From positions 22,320,001-22,384,000 of the forward strand of contig NC_043012.1 of NCBI RefSeq assembly GCF_006345805.1: DNA of 64,000 nucleotides, given 5' to 3'. Position 1 is the stretch's first letter, and each line of letters opens with the position of its first letter. The stretch is from Octopus sinensis. Taxonomy: Eukaryota. The position numbers and the translations under genes are program-made. Below are positions 38,151 through 51,230 of the stretch, piece by piece. The notes below the pieces were generated by a model. That model did not search any database. It was given only the letters and a program-made list of their open reading frames with translations, and had not been told where the DNA came from.

Positions 38151-38365
38151 ATCTTTTCCACAGGTAGCGCAAGGCCTCAAATTTTGGGGAAGGGATTAAG
38201 TTGATTACATCGATCTCAGTGTGTAACTGGTATTTATTTAATTGATCACAAAAAGCCGAAAGACAAAGTCAATATGGCTGAATTTGAACTCAAAATGTAA
38301 AGACGGATGAAATACCACTATGCATTTCGCCCAATGTGATAACAATTCTGCCAGCTTGCTGCCTT
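38150..38365 (-). mobile_element. SINE family C (tail type ATT)
   Basis: GGCAGCAAGCTGGCAGAATTG head; flanked by TTA repeats on its own strand. Confidence 0.75.
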
Positions 38366-38377
38366 AATAATAATAAT

Positions 38378-38421
<44 letters not shown>

Positions 38422-38422
<1 letters not shown>

Positions 38423-39212
38423 TAGATGTATGTGGAACAAAATCCTGGGCTTCTTTAGAAAAGGGGAAATTTAAAAATGAAAGAGAGCCTTATTGTAACA
38501 ACTCAACGAAAAATATATATGGAGAGAATGTGTAAGAAAAATGTAGAGTCTGTGGAACCTGGAAGCAGGCAGTGGCACACAGTGTGACAGAATGACCCAA
38601 GTTGGTACAGGAAGAATATAGGACCAAGTTGTAAAAGTTTTACATTGGAAACTTTGCCAGAAATGGGGATTTGAAGCTGGAAACACATGGTACAACCATC
38701 GAGTTGGAAGAGTACTAGAGTTGGAGAAATGTAAGATTTTGTGGGACTTTCCTATTCTAACGGACAAGAAATTAGAAAATAATAGACATTGGACATAACA
38801 ATTATAGATAAGAACAAGTGAAGTTGCTTACTTATCGACCCATCATGCCCGTTTGATTCCAGGATTGTAATGAAAGAGGTCAAAAAACAAAAAAATACAA
38901 TCCCTTACAATTTGAAATAGGAAGAATTTGGAGCATGTGAACAGTAAAAGTTGTGCATATAATAACTGGTGCTTTAGGAACAGTAAACCAAGATATAGAC
39001 AAATGGCTGAAGGTGATTGAACAGAATGCCCGGCAGAGCTTCTACAGAAAGTTTTTCTCTTTGGTGAGGCAAGGATAATCAGGAGGGTTCTAAGCATTTG
39101 AAAAGCTGCTGAAAATTTGTGGATTCCTAAAGTTACAGGTAGTAATCCACTACCCACATAAATCCTAGCAGAAATAAGCCTGAACCTGAGTCAAACCAAA
39201 ATAATAATAATA
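38422..39212 (+). mobile_element. R4/Dong-like LINE 3' fragment 4
   Basis: CRVC..AH zinc knuckle, KILWDFPILTD, LLIDPSCPFD, IITGALG, RIIRRVLSI*; starts after (TAA)n and ends in (AAT)3. Confidence 0.8.
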
Positions 39213-39539
39213 GACCTTTCTACCATATCCTCCATAGGCACGAGGACTGAAATTTGTGAGAAAGGGCCTAGTTAATTGCACTGGCCCCCAAATTGTGCCC
39301 AAAGTAAAAAGAATTATTAATATGATTTGATATTTAGTTTGTAAATCTTTGAATATTACATTCAAATCTTGCCAAAATCAACTTTGTCTTACAATTTTTT
39401 CAGGGCTGGTAAAACAAAATGCCTGTCAAGTACCAGGGTCAATATCATCAACAAACCACCTCAGTCCCTTCAAAATTTCTAGCCCTGTGTCTATATTAGA
39501 AACAAATTATTATTATTATTATTATTATTATCATTATTA

Positions 39540-39570
<31 letters not shown>

Positions 39571-40485
39571 TATTATCATTATTATTATCATTATTATCAT
39601 TATTATTATTAACAATGACAACAATGTTAAATATCATAATTAACTGTGCTAATTACCATATCACACTGGCAGTGTTTTTATGATGTATATTACGATGATA
39701 GTAATTATGTCAGTAGCAGGTGCTGGGGTGTATAACCCTTCCACCCCCTACACACCCCTTATGAAATAAAATGAAGGAAAGGAGGGAGGGAAGAAATGAC
39801 AAGTCTGTTGGTGTCATTACTAAGTCTTTTAATCCTTCTCCTTCTCACTGTTCTCCACCCCTTCTCTCACTCTCATTTCCATTCACCCCTACATCTTCCT
39901 TAGATATTACCATATTTTCCATTGCTCTGTCCCTACAGCTCCTTATCAGCCTCCTTCGCCTTCTTTTACCCCACCAATTGAACTATAAACCAGCTTCCAC
40001 CCAACAATGTGTTTCACTTTCACTATCTCCCCCCCTCTCTCTCTCTCTCTCTTACTCTTCTTGTTTTAGATTCCACTCTACTCTTCTTCGTCCTTTGATT
40101 CCGGTCCATCTCTTCCTGGTTTCCTTTCACCCTACCACCACAAATTATCACCCACCTTGTTAGTGAACCCCTGCTTTTTTTTCTGTAACTAAAAAAAAAA
40201 TAAAATAAAAACATCCCTACTACCACTGCCACCCCCTCCCCACCATTATCACTAAGGACAACAATAACTCTTCTTTGGATAATCAACCAAGACTGCACTT
40301 GTAACTACCACCACTACTACTAGCAAAAGCAGCAGTACTATTACCCCCCACCCCACACACTACTACAAACATGAAGGCTACTAATACTATACATATTTTC
40401 TTTTTACTAGTTTCAGCTTGAAAGCAGCGACCATGCTGGGGCACTGCTATATATATAAATATGATATATATATATAAAATATATA

Positions 40486-40850
40486 GGTACAGGTGTGGCC
40501 ATGTGGTAAGAAGCTTGCTTCTCAACCACATGGTTCCAGGTTCAGTCCCACTGCGTGGCACCTTGGGCAAGTATCTTCTGCTATAGCCTTGTGAGTGGAT
40601 TTGGTAAACTGAAACAGGCCCCTTGTATATATATATAGGTATGTATTTGTGTGTCTGTGTTTGTCCCCTCTACCATCGCTTGACAACCGATGTTGGTATG
40701 TTTATGTCCCTGTAACTTAGTGGTTTGGCAAAAGAGAGGGATGGAGTAAGTATTAGGCTTATGAAGAATAAGTCCTGGGGATCGATTTGTTCGACTAAAG
40801 GTGGTGCTACAGCATGGCCGCAGTCAAATGACTGAAACAAGTAGAATATG
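40486..40850 (+). mobile_element. SINE family A
   Basis: Full head to tail. Confidence 0.8.
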
Positions 40851-40934
40851 ATGAGAGGACCATCATCATCATCATTTAACGTCCATTGTCCAAATGATGA
40901 TGATGATCATATATGGTAAATGTATTATACATAT

Positions 40935-41340
40935 ATATTCTTTTATTCTTTTAATTATTTCAGTCATTTGACTATAGCCATGCTGGAGCACTGCCTTCAA
41001 GGGTTTTAGCAAAAAAAAACGGTTCCAGGGCATTTTCTTTGTAGGCCTACTACTTATTCTATCATTCTCTTTTACCAAACCACCAAGTTATGGTGTCATA
41101 AACACACCAGCATCAGTTATCAAGCGATAGTGGTAGGACAAACTCAGACACATAAATACAAACATACATATATACAACAGGCTTCTTTCAGTTTCCGTCA
41201 ACAAAATCCACTCACAAGGTTTTGATTGACCCAAGGCTATAGTAGAAGACACTTACCCAAGGTGCTACACAGTGGGACTGAACCCGGAACCCTGTGGTTA
41301 GGAAGCAAGCTTCATACCACACAACAATGCTGCCTGCACC
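40935..41340 (-). mobile_element. SINE family A
   Basis: Full head to tail on the reverse strand. Confidence 0.8.
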
Positions 41341-41629
41341 TATATGCTCATATTTCATGTGTGTGTATATATATATATAAAAGACAAATACAGATGACAA
41401 AAGAATAAGTGTTAATAAGTTCATAAGATAATTCTTTATTCCTTTGTCAGCTTTTTTTCATATTACTGCTCTGTGCTCAGCTAATAGTTTGCTCAGAAGC
41501 ATATGTAGGTCAAGTACTACACCAGGTTATTAGTATCCCAAAGCCTAAGCACAATATTAAAATGTATATATATATATATATATATATACATACATATATA
41601 TATATATATATATACATACATATATATAT

Positions 41630-42050
41630 CATCATCATCATCATCGTCGTTTAACGTCCGTTCTCCATGCTAGCATGGGTTGGACGGTTCGACCGGGGTT
41701 CTGGGAAGCCAGAAGGCTGCACCAGGCTCCAGTCTAATTTGGCAATGTTTCTACAGCTGGATGCCCTTCCTAACGCCAACCACTCCGTGAGTGTAGTGGG
41801 TGCTTTTTACGTGCCACCTGCACAGGTGCCAGGCGGGGCTGGCAACGGCCACGGTCAGATTGGTGTATTTTATGTGCCACCGGCACGGAAGCCAGTCGAG
41901 GCGGTGCTGGCATCGGCCACGAGTCGGATAGTGCTTTTTACGTACCACCAGACCAGGGATCCTGGCTGGTTCAATTCGATTTCGATTTCGCTTGCCCCAA
42001 CATGTCTTCACAAGCAAAGGGGGTTGGCAAGGGTGCCTGTCGTACGGTCG
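41630..42050 (-). mobile_element. RTE-clade 3' UTR fragment
   Basis: Shared terminus and about 2 units of the 66-bp repeat. Confidence 0.75.
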
Positions 42051-42159
42051 CATATATATATATATATATATATATACATACACACACTCACACATTATCA
42101 TCATCATTTATATACATGTGTGTGTGTGTGTGTGCAATGTCAGTGTGCATGTTTGACAG

Positions 42160-42770
42160 AGTGTAAGCATCTTGGGAGAAAAGTTGGGCATAAGAGGAAT
42201 CAGATGTGGTTTGCAAGAGACACTTCTGTGGCGATATGGTCATGTGATGCATATGAATGAGGACAGCTGTGTAAAGAAGTACCAATCTCCAACTATGGAG
42301 GCAACCTGTGGTAGAGGTTGACCCAAGAAGACATGGGATGAGGTGGTAAACTTTGAATGACTAGTGACAAAGGCCTTTGGTGATGTGCTCTGCTTAAGAG
42401 GACCCGCCAAGTGAAGTGCTGCTGGCACATAAAAAAATCAACCTTTGAACGTTGGGCCACTCACAGAGGCAAAGTGGTTTTGTACCTTTCATGCATTGGG
42501 TCTTATGGAGGCACAGTGACTGAGTTCCATTCACGTGTTGGGCCTCATGGAGATGAGTTCCTTTTTAAGCAGGCCTCAAGGAGGCAAGGTGGCTGAGTTC
42601 CTCTCAAGCATTGGACCTCGTGGAGGCAAAGTGGCCGAGCTCCTTTTAAGTGTTGGGCCTCACAGAGGCAATGACCAAAACTTTCGACATTATGTTGTGC
42701 TTGAGAAGAAGACCCATGAAGCTGAGCAAAATCACAGTTGTGTCAGATACCTGTGTCACACATATGGCAC
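42160..42770 (+). mobile_element. Older RTE-clade 3' fragment with ~42-bp tandem repeats
   Basis: GEKLGIRGIRCGLQE..YGHVMHMNEDSCVKK..TWDEVV; repeat starts at 42452, 42496, 42538, 42611, 42653. Confidence 0.7.
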
Positions 42771-43104
42771 CCGTGCCTTGAATTTTTATCTCATTCTGAA
42801 AAATTTTTTTATATATATATGAAAAGATAGATTAAATATAAAGATATTCTATTGACAATCCAATAATTTATTTATATTACAATAAATACTATGAGCATAA
42901 TATTATATAAATAATTACAAAAACCATAAAAGACCACCAAATTGTTTTGACTTATATATATTTTTTCTGATATACATAATCACAGTTCCATTATGTATAT
43001 AGTCACTTCAGGGTCTTTGGGTTCAGAAAAGACGAATTTGGTTGTTTAACACACCACCCCTTTGAAGGATTTTTTTCTCAGTTTGTTACTTTATATACAT
43101 ATAC

Positions 43105-43168
<64 letters not shown>

Positions 43169-43784
43169 AATGATAGAAAATGGGATGAATGACGTTATTT
43201 AAGTCACTACAATTGTTTCGGCTTGTAGTACATTGGTGAGATGTTGTACAATCATTATCATCCATCCAAAGTGTTTTGCCAGTTTTTGGGAAAAACACAT
43301 TTTTGTTTATGTGTTTTTGTTATTGTTTATATCCCTTGAGCTGTTTCTAATTCATATTTGAGTTATTGCCATAAAACTTTGGGACATACCAGCAGACGGT
43401 TCTTACACCATTTTGCATATAATCATAGCCAGCAATTTAGCTTACATCAGGCGTTGATTTGGGTTCGTGGTATTGACAAGTCACGAAAATGATGAAACAT
43501 CACTGTCCATTGCTTCTAAATGGGACTGAATGCAAGTTATTTTGGTTGCTTATGACTTACAGGTGTTTTAATGCCAGGTGAATTGATGAGAATATATTCT
43601 CTTACACCTATAATTTCAGCCTACTCACAAACTGGCAAAACACATACCTTGTGTATGTGTGTTTGATATTGTTTATCCCTTGACCTGCTTCTCATTCATA
43701 TTTGAACACACATAACAATATATAACATTGAGTTCTCTTTTTCTTAGCAGCATATGTAATGAAGTAGACCTTACTGATACATAC

Positions 43785-43945
43785 ATACATACATACATAC
43801 ATACAAACACACACACACACACAGACAGACAGACAGACAGAAAGACAGACAGACAGACAGACGGACGGACGGACGGACGGACGGACGGACGGACGACGGA
43901 CGGACGGACGGACGGACGGACGGACGGACGGACAGACAGACAGAC

Positions 43946-43980
<35 letters not shown>

Positions 43981-43990
43981 AAGAAAGAGA
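43785..43990. repeat. Compound tetranucleotide microsatellite
   Basis: (ACAT)(AC)(ACAG)(ACGG)(ACAG)(ATAG)(AAAG) blocks. Confidence 0.95.
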
Positions 43991-43994
43991 AAGA

Positions 43995-44225
43995 GGATAA
44001 CTATGGAGAGCTGCTTTGAAACTTCCAGCTTCTATATCCAGATTATAAATTCACATTTATACCAATAATAATTGGTGCACTTGATTTTGTGAGTAAATTT
44101 CTAAACTGAATAAACTTGAATTTTCAGAGAAAGAAATCAATCAATCAACCCACACATTACGAATGCAATCTGTAAGTGGAACAGTAATGATATGCAAGAC
44201 TTTTCTCAAGTCTAAAATGTGACAT
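43995..44225 (+). mobile_element. RLE-type (R4/NeSL-like) LINE C-terminal remnant
   Basis: DNYGELL*NFQLLYPDYKFTFIPIIIGALD. Confidence 0.55.
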
Positions 44226-44403
44226 TGCTTTTTTTGTTATCCACATTCCAATGATGGAGCTTTCTATCTTTGTTAGAAACAAGCTCCTTCTTCTGAGGAA
44301 GAATTTAAATAATTAAAAACAGAACGAACACACACACACAATGATTCAAATTAGCAAATAAAACTACTTATATTCATTTTATATCGTGTAGGTGTTTGAA
44401 TAA

Positions 44404-44452
<49 letters not shown>

Positions 44453-45378
44453 TATTCCTGTGTCAAAGTTTATGGTTATGTGATAAAAACGTTTGCTTAA
44501 CAAGCATGTGGTCCTAAGTTCATTTCTAATGCACAGCAATTTGAGCAAATGCTTGCCATCATAGCCTCAGATTAATCAATGTCAGGTGAGTGAAATTTCA
44601 TAAATGGAAACTGTGTCGAAGCCAGTCTTCAGTCTACACTTCTTTGATTGTTGTTTGTTTGCTTTATATTTTATACTTTTTCACAATCCCATGATTTTAT
44701 TTGTCTGACTCCATGTATTATTAATTTGTTTGTCTCTTCTTTGGTCCATAACCTTACTTATATTATTTGTGTAATTCCTCTCTCTCTCTCAGTGTGTGTG
44801 TCTGTGTATACGTACATGTGTGTTCGTGTGTGTAGGCATATGGCTAAGTGGTTAGGGTGTTATGCTCATGATCATAAGATTGTGGTTTTGATTCCTAGAC
44901 TGGGCAACGCATTGTGTTCATAAGTAAAAACACTTTATTTCTTTTTGCTGCTGTCCACTTAGCTGGCAAAATCGACCAGTGGAGGAGGGGACGTATATAC
45001 TACAGAATCTGGGAAACTGGCCTTATGAGCCTCTGGCTGGGAAGGACTTTTGACCATTTGTTTTTGTTTGTTTGGGGTTGTGTATGTCCGGCATCCAACT
45101 GCTTGAGGACTGATGCTGGTTTGTTTATAAGCCTATAATTTATTTGTCCAACAAAACGAATCAGAATGGGGTAGATTTGTTGGCTTTAAGCATTCAAACT
45201 GGTGCTCCAGTATGGTCACACACCAGTGTCTAAAACAAGTAAAGGATAAAAGATATATCTTTTCTGTGATAGGTAGAGCAAAGCATCTAAGAATTAAGAA
45301 GATAGTTCAGTAAAAACACAAAATATTTGTATAAGATTAGATTTGAACCTCTGACCTGCGACAGAGTAAATAACTCAC

Positions 45379-45453
45379 CTTATTCCATAATCCATTTTAG
45401 CACCAGCTATTTTTCGTCTTATTTTGCAATACGTTTGTTTTATTAATCTATTG
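45379..45453 (-). other. Candidate 75-nt spliced exon of an unknown host transcript
   Basis: Long pyrimidine tract plus TTACAG acceptor; AG|GTGAGT donor; one open frame NRLIKQTYCKIRRKIAGAKMDYGI with AAAATGG context. Confidence 0.35.
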
Positions 45454-46132
45454 CTGTAAGAATGGTGAGAAAACAAATAAGAGAAAAATCTGAGAATGGA
45501 AAGAAAAAAAAATGGCAAAAAGAGAAGAATCCTTACACAGGACAGAGATTTCCCTAAAACCAATCTCAGACTCATGTTAGTGACAAAATTCCAAAATAGA
45601 TTATGTACCATATGAGAGACAATAAAACTCTCTCAGCTATTAAAGTTTATTGAAATCTCAAATCATAACCCAATTTCTTTGCAGTTTGTGACTTTGCACA
45701 CGTGTGCATTCAGGTGGTAATATACTTGTTTAATGCTTGTTAAATAGCAGGCATATTAAGGATTTATTGATTTTATTTGGTAAAAAAAAAAAAAGAAAAA
45801 TATAAAAAAGATTTCCTTAACTGAAAAATGAAAAAAAAAACCAAAAAAAAGAAAATATGGAAAGAAAGAAAGAATTAGAATCATAAAAAGGTGAAAAGAA
45901 AAGAAATCCAAAGTTATTTTAAAAATTAATTTTCTAACCATTTCCTAAGAAATCACTAGCAGAAATTATTCCTACTTGAGGCTATTGCAATACTGAAGAA
46001 CATAATGCAGAGTGTTCAATGAATATGAAATGTATGTGATGTCAACATCCCATGTTCCCCTCCAGCCCGATGTCTTCAGGTGCGTACATGTGTGTGCATA
46101 AGTGTATCCATGTATGTAAGGCATGTGTGTGG

Positions 46133-46163
<31 letters not shown>

Positions 46164-47172
46164 GTAGTGGCAAGTATGGTATATATATATATGTATATAT
46201 ATACTGATATGTTCTCTAAAGCGTACAAGACTATCTAAAAGCAACAGAATGTGTGTGCAAATATATGCACATACACCTGAATGTATTTTTATGCTAAAAA
46301 TGCTAGTTTCTGAGTAAACCTGTGAATGTATATGTATCTCAGCATGCATATTTACTTCCAATCACACACATCAAAGTCGCCTTCCCACATTGCTGAATTT
46401 TAATCATCTTCGGCAGCAGATTATTTCTTCAATCAGTCTTGCTTTATTGTCTACAATGAGGTGGTGGTCGGTCATGGTGGTGGTGCTGTATAAAAGGTAC
46501 AGGGCCTGGTTAAATGCCTTCCAGCAATTTAAGTTCCTGTTGTTCCTTTGTTCTGAGTTCAAATTTTACCTGAGTTTTCATCTCCCAAGAGTCTCAATTG
46601 TTTCAAACCTTCCTGGATTTATTCTTGTTGTTGTTGTTGTACTGCCTCGGGTCAGCCCATATTAAGCAGATCCAACCATGAACATCCCATCTGTTTATTC
46701 AGACACACAGTGTATATGACAACATTATCAAATATCCTTTATCTTTCGCTTGTTTCAGTCACTGGACCACGGTCATACTGGGGCATTGTCTTCAAGGCTT
46801 TTTACTCAAACAAATCACTGCCAGGGATTAAGCTTTTTTTTCATTTATTTTAAAGTCTTGTGATAATTCTATCTGTCTCAATTATTGAACTGCTAAGTTA
46901 CAGGGACTTAAACAGACCGAACACCAATTGTCAAACTGTGGTGTATATGTGAGAGAATCATAGACACACACACACACACACAATCATTGGTGTGAGTGCT
47001 GGTGTCATGTAAAAAGCATCCAGTACACTCTTTAGAATGGCTGGCATTAGGAAGGGCATCCAATGTTAGAAACCAAGTCAAAACAGACTGTGGAACCTGG
47101 TGTGGGTTCTTAGTTTACCAGTTCCTAACAAGCCATTCAGTCCATGCAAGCATGGAAAATGGATGTTTGGTG

Positions 47173-47385
47173 GTGACCGCGTGTGTACCGCTGGCGATTT
47201 TTTTTCCTCTGTCTTCCCTTCTCTGGATCTTTCCTTCTCCTATGTTTCCAATGAAGAGCTCCGCTCGAAACATTAAACCCTCCTTCTTCCCTTCCTTCCT
47301 GAGCATCCAATAATACCATATTTGTTCCATGTCCTCGCGTTGTTGTGTTTTCTCTTTGTGTTTTCATGTTTGGATTAACTTTATA
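47173..47385 (+). mobile_element. ~210-bp element with degenerate HHR-like motif (family H2)
   Basis: GTTT-CCAATGA-A-GAGC(tcc)GCTC-GAAAC-ATT-AAAC at 47244-47278. Confidence 0.55.
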
Positions 47386-48569
47386 TCATCATCATCATCA
47401 TCATCGTTTAGCGTCCGTTTTCCATGCTAGCATGGGTTGGACGGTTCTACTGGGGTCTGTGAAGCCAGAAGGCTTCATCAGGCCCAGTCAGATCTGGCAG
47501 TGTTTCTACGGCTGGATGCCCTTCCTAACGCCAACCACTCCGTGAGTGTAGTGGGTGCTTTTTACGTGCCACCCGCACTGGTGCCAGACAGAGCTGGCAA
47601 ACGGCACGAACGGATGGTGCTTTTTATGTGCCACCGGCACGAGGGCCAGGCGAGGCTGGCAACGGACACGAAACGGGGCGGTGCTGGCAACGGTCGCGAA
47701 ACGGAAAGTTCTCTTACCTGCCACCGGCACTGGTAACACATCTGCAATTTCCATTGATCGATTTCCATTGATCGATTTCGATTCTGATCCTCACTTGCCT
47801 CAACGGGTCTTCACAAGCAGAGTTTCGACATGCCACCGGCACTGGTAGCACATCCGCAATTTCCATTGATCGATTTCGATTCTGATCCTCACTTGCCTCA
47901 ACACGTCTTCACAAGTAGAGTTTTGTGTCCCAAGAAGGGAAGGTATGCATACGTAGGCTGGCTCCATCCCATGTAGAAGGCCACGGGTTATGGACTCACT
48001 TGTCCTGCCGGGTCTTCTTGCGCACAGCACACTTCCAGAGGTCTCGGTCTCTAGTCATTTCCTCAGTGAGACCTAAAGTTCGAAGGTCGTGCTTCACCAC
48101 CTCGTCCCAGGTTTTCCTGGGTCTGCCTCTTCCACAGGTTCCCTCAACCGCTAGGGTGTGGCACTTTTTCACACAACTATCTTCATCCATTCTCGCCACA
48201 TGACCATACCAGCGCAAACGTCTCTCTTGCACACCACAACTGATGCTTCTTAGGTCCAGCTTTTCTCTCAAGGTACTCTCCAGCATTACACATCCATCGG
48301 AGCATACTGGCTTCATTTCTAGCGAGCTTACGCATATCCTCAGCAGTCACGGCCCATGTTTCACTGCCATGTAGCATGGCTGTTCGTACACACGCATCAT
48401 ACAGTCTGCCTTTCACTCTGTGCGAGAGGCCTTTTGTCACCAGCAGAGGTAAGAGCTCTCTGAACTTTGCCCAAGCTATTCTTACTCTAGCAGTTACACT
48501 TTCAGCACACCCGCCCCCGCTGCTGACTTGGTCACCTAGGTAACGGAAACTATGAACTATTTCTAGTTT
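47386..48569 (-). mobile_element. 5'-truncated RTE-clade LINE (ORF2 C-terminus plus 3' UTR)
   Basis: FRYLGD..AWAKFRELLPLL..LYDACVRTAMLHGSETW, RLRWYGHVARM, GRGRPRKTW; (GAT)n tail. Confidence 0.9.
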
Positions 48570-48572
48570 ATG

Positions 48573-48604
<32 letters not shown>

Positions 48605-48627
48605 TGTACGTATATATATGTCACCAT

Positions 48628-48808
48628 GATAGAGTGTTAGCCACTACACACATTGTTTTCACTCCTTGTTTTTTCAGTGTCCCTTTCTGTAGAAAAGCGT
48701 AGGCTCGAAATGTAAAAGGCCTTTTCTATTCCTGAGCGTTATACTAATACATCTGTTTTTTTTGTACACCACCTGTCTTCATCTTTTGTCTTTTTCATAA
48801 ACTCTCCC
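48628..48808 (+). mobile_element. Family H1 HHR-like element
   Basis: CCTTT-CTGTAGA-A-AAGC..GCTC-GAAAT-GTA-AAAGG at 48682-48719. Confidence 0.6.
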
Positions 48809-49001
48809 TATATATATATATATATATATGTTTATTTTTATGTCATAATAAAAAGCATTTTACATTAAACTGAAGGATCACTCAGGACATTTCGGGGAGT
48901 AAAATAATGGCTCAGCTGGACGAAACGTCCAAGTCACTGTCAACACTATTCTTGTGGAAGAATAATGAATTTATATACCTATATATATATCTATATATAT
49001 A

Positions 49002-49410
49002 GGTGCAGGAGTGGCTGTGTGGTAAGTAGCTTGCTTACCAACCACATGGTTCCGGGTTCAGTCCCACTATGTGGCACCTTGGGCAAGTGTCTTCTACTAT
49101 AGCCTCGGGCCGACCAAAGCCTTGTGAGTGGATTTGGTACACGGAAACTGAAAGAAGCCCGTCGTATATATGTATATATATATATGTGTGTGCGTGTATG
49201 TTTGTGTGTCTGTGTTTGTCCCCCTAGCATTGTTTGACAACCGATGCTGGTGTGTTTATGTCCCCGTCACTTAACGGTTCGGTAACAGACACCGATAGAA
49301 TAAGTATTGGGCTTACAAAGAATAAGTCCTGGGGTTGAGTTGCTCGATTAAAGGCAGTGCTCCAGGATGGCCGCAGTCAAATGACTGAAACAAGTAAAAG
49401 AGAAAGAGAA
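49002..49410 (+). mobile_element. SINE family A, full length
   Basis: Head, body and tail. Confidence 0.9.
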
Positions 49411-49429
49411 AAGATATCATCATGGATGA

Positions 49430-49490
<61 letters not shown>

Positions 49491-49818
49491 CACAAGCGCA
49501 ATTAAAGGTTACAAAGCTCATTCATGGATAGCAAAATCCTATGAAAGTACTGGTTAATTACCTATAAAACGAGTATTGAACAAACATTGTATTTAATACT
49601 CAACCATTAATGGTTTGCAGCCGTTTACTCAGCATGAGGAAATTGAACATCTACTTTGTATATCTTTATCTACCTCTGAAGAGATTCGACTTTCAAATAA
49701 TTTATAATTTAATTAATTAATTTTCTGGGGACCTGAATTGAAACAGCTATAATGGGTGTTTGTCAAGTTTTTAATTAATAGATAATAATTTATTAATGAC
49801 ATCGCTATTCTCTCATCT

Positions 49819-49851
<33 letters not shown>

Positions 49852-50112
49852 GCATATATATACATATATATATTAGTAATGATTATAAAAAGTACAGAGA
49901 CTTGTTCATCCTAAAAATTTATTTTCTCTTATTTTACAATTTCGTACAGTATATCATTATGACCCATATGTGTTTCCATAGCCAATGCAACCCGGGACTA
50001 TTATGGATGTAGCTTCGTCAGGGTCTGTCCATTTGGCCAGTCTTGTTGTGAACTCGGTCGAATTAGAGAGAGAGAGAGAATATAAAGAAAGCCAGGAGGT
50101 ATGAGATGGATA

Positions 50113-50505
50113 TATTTTACTCTTTTACTTCTTTCAGTCATTGGACTGCGGCCATGCTGGAGCACCACCTTTAGTTGAACAAATCAACCCCAGGATTTAT
50201 TCTTTGTAAGCCTAGTACTTATTCTATCAGTCTCTTTCGCTGAACTGCTAAGTTATGGGACGTAAACACACCAGTATCAGTTGTCAAGCGATGGCAGGGT
50301 GGGAGGACAAACACAGACACACATACGCACACACATATATATATGATGGCCTTCTTTCAGTTTCTGTCTACCAAATCTACTCACAAGGCTTTGGTCAGCC
50401 CAAGGCTATAGTAGAAAACACTTGCCCAAGCTGACTCACAGTGGGACTGAACCTGGAATGATGTGATTGGTAAGCAAGCTTCTTATCACACAGCCACTCC
50501 TGCAC

Positions 50506-50536
<31 letters not shown>

Positions 50537-50695
50537 CGATAGGCTTCTTTCAGTTTTCATCTACCAAATCCACTTACAAGGCTTTGGTTGGCCTGAGGCT
50601 ATAATACAAGACAATTGCCCAAGGTGCCATGCTGTGAGACTGAACCCAGAACCATGTGGTTGGTAAGCAAGCTACTTACCACACAGCCACTCCTG
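50113..50695 (-). mobile_element. SINE family A (50113-50506) plus a second head-only copy (50527-50695)
   Basis: Two reverse-strand heads. Confidence 0.8.
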
Positions 50696-50918
50696 GTAAA
50701 GTCAAGAGCCTCCTTCATCAGGGTGGATGGATTAACTACATCTGCTAACAGTATGAAGTAAATCTAAGCCCCCAGAGACAGTTGTCAGACATGTTCTTTG
50801 AGTCTATGTAATCTGGGTAAGAGTTTGCCCTATACAAAAATATATTTATACTTGATTGTTTTCCATCTGAAAATTTTATATCTGACTTCTCTTTTTACAT
50901 GTATATACATTTTGTACA

Positions 50919-51096
50919 GTTCTATATTTAAGAGATGAGAATTATGTACATTATTTACATTTGATGGATATTTGTTCTCATCTCGTTTGTTGTTAACACA
51001 ATGTTTTGGCTGATATACCCTCCAGCCTTCATCAGGTGTCTTAGGGAAATTTTGAACCAGGGTTCTCATTTCCAAGGTATTTTTTCGATATTATTA

Positions 51097-51139
<43 letters not shown>

Positions 51140-51227
51140 TATTATTATCATTCATGTCACTGCTTGGAATCAAACTCAGAATCTTGGGGTTAGTAGCCCG
51201 CGCTCTTAACCACTATGTCATATGCCC
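50919..51227 (-). mobile_element. tRNA-headed SINE with (AAT)n linker and hammerhead tail (family D)
   Basis: A-box TGACATAGTGG, B-box GTTTGATTCC; HHR at 50994-51040. Confidence 0.75.
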
Positions 51228-51230
51228 GAG

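Noticed and set aside
43320-43710. ~40-bp diverged direct repeat 345 bp apart, with a GTATGT donor
   Set aside because: Frames contain stops, there is no acceptor and no recognisable domain.
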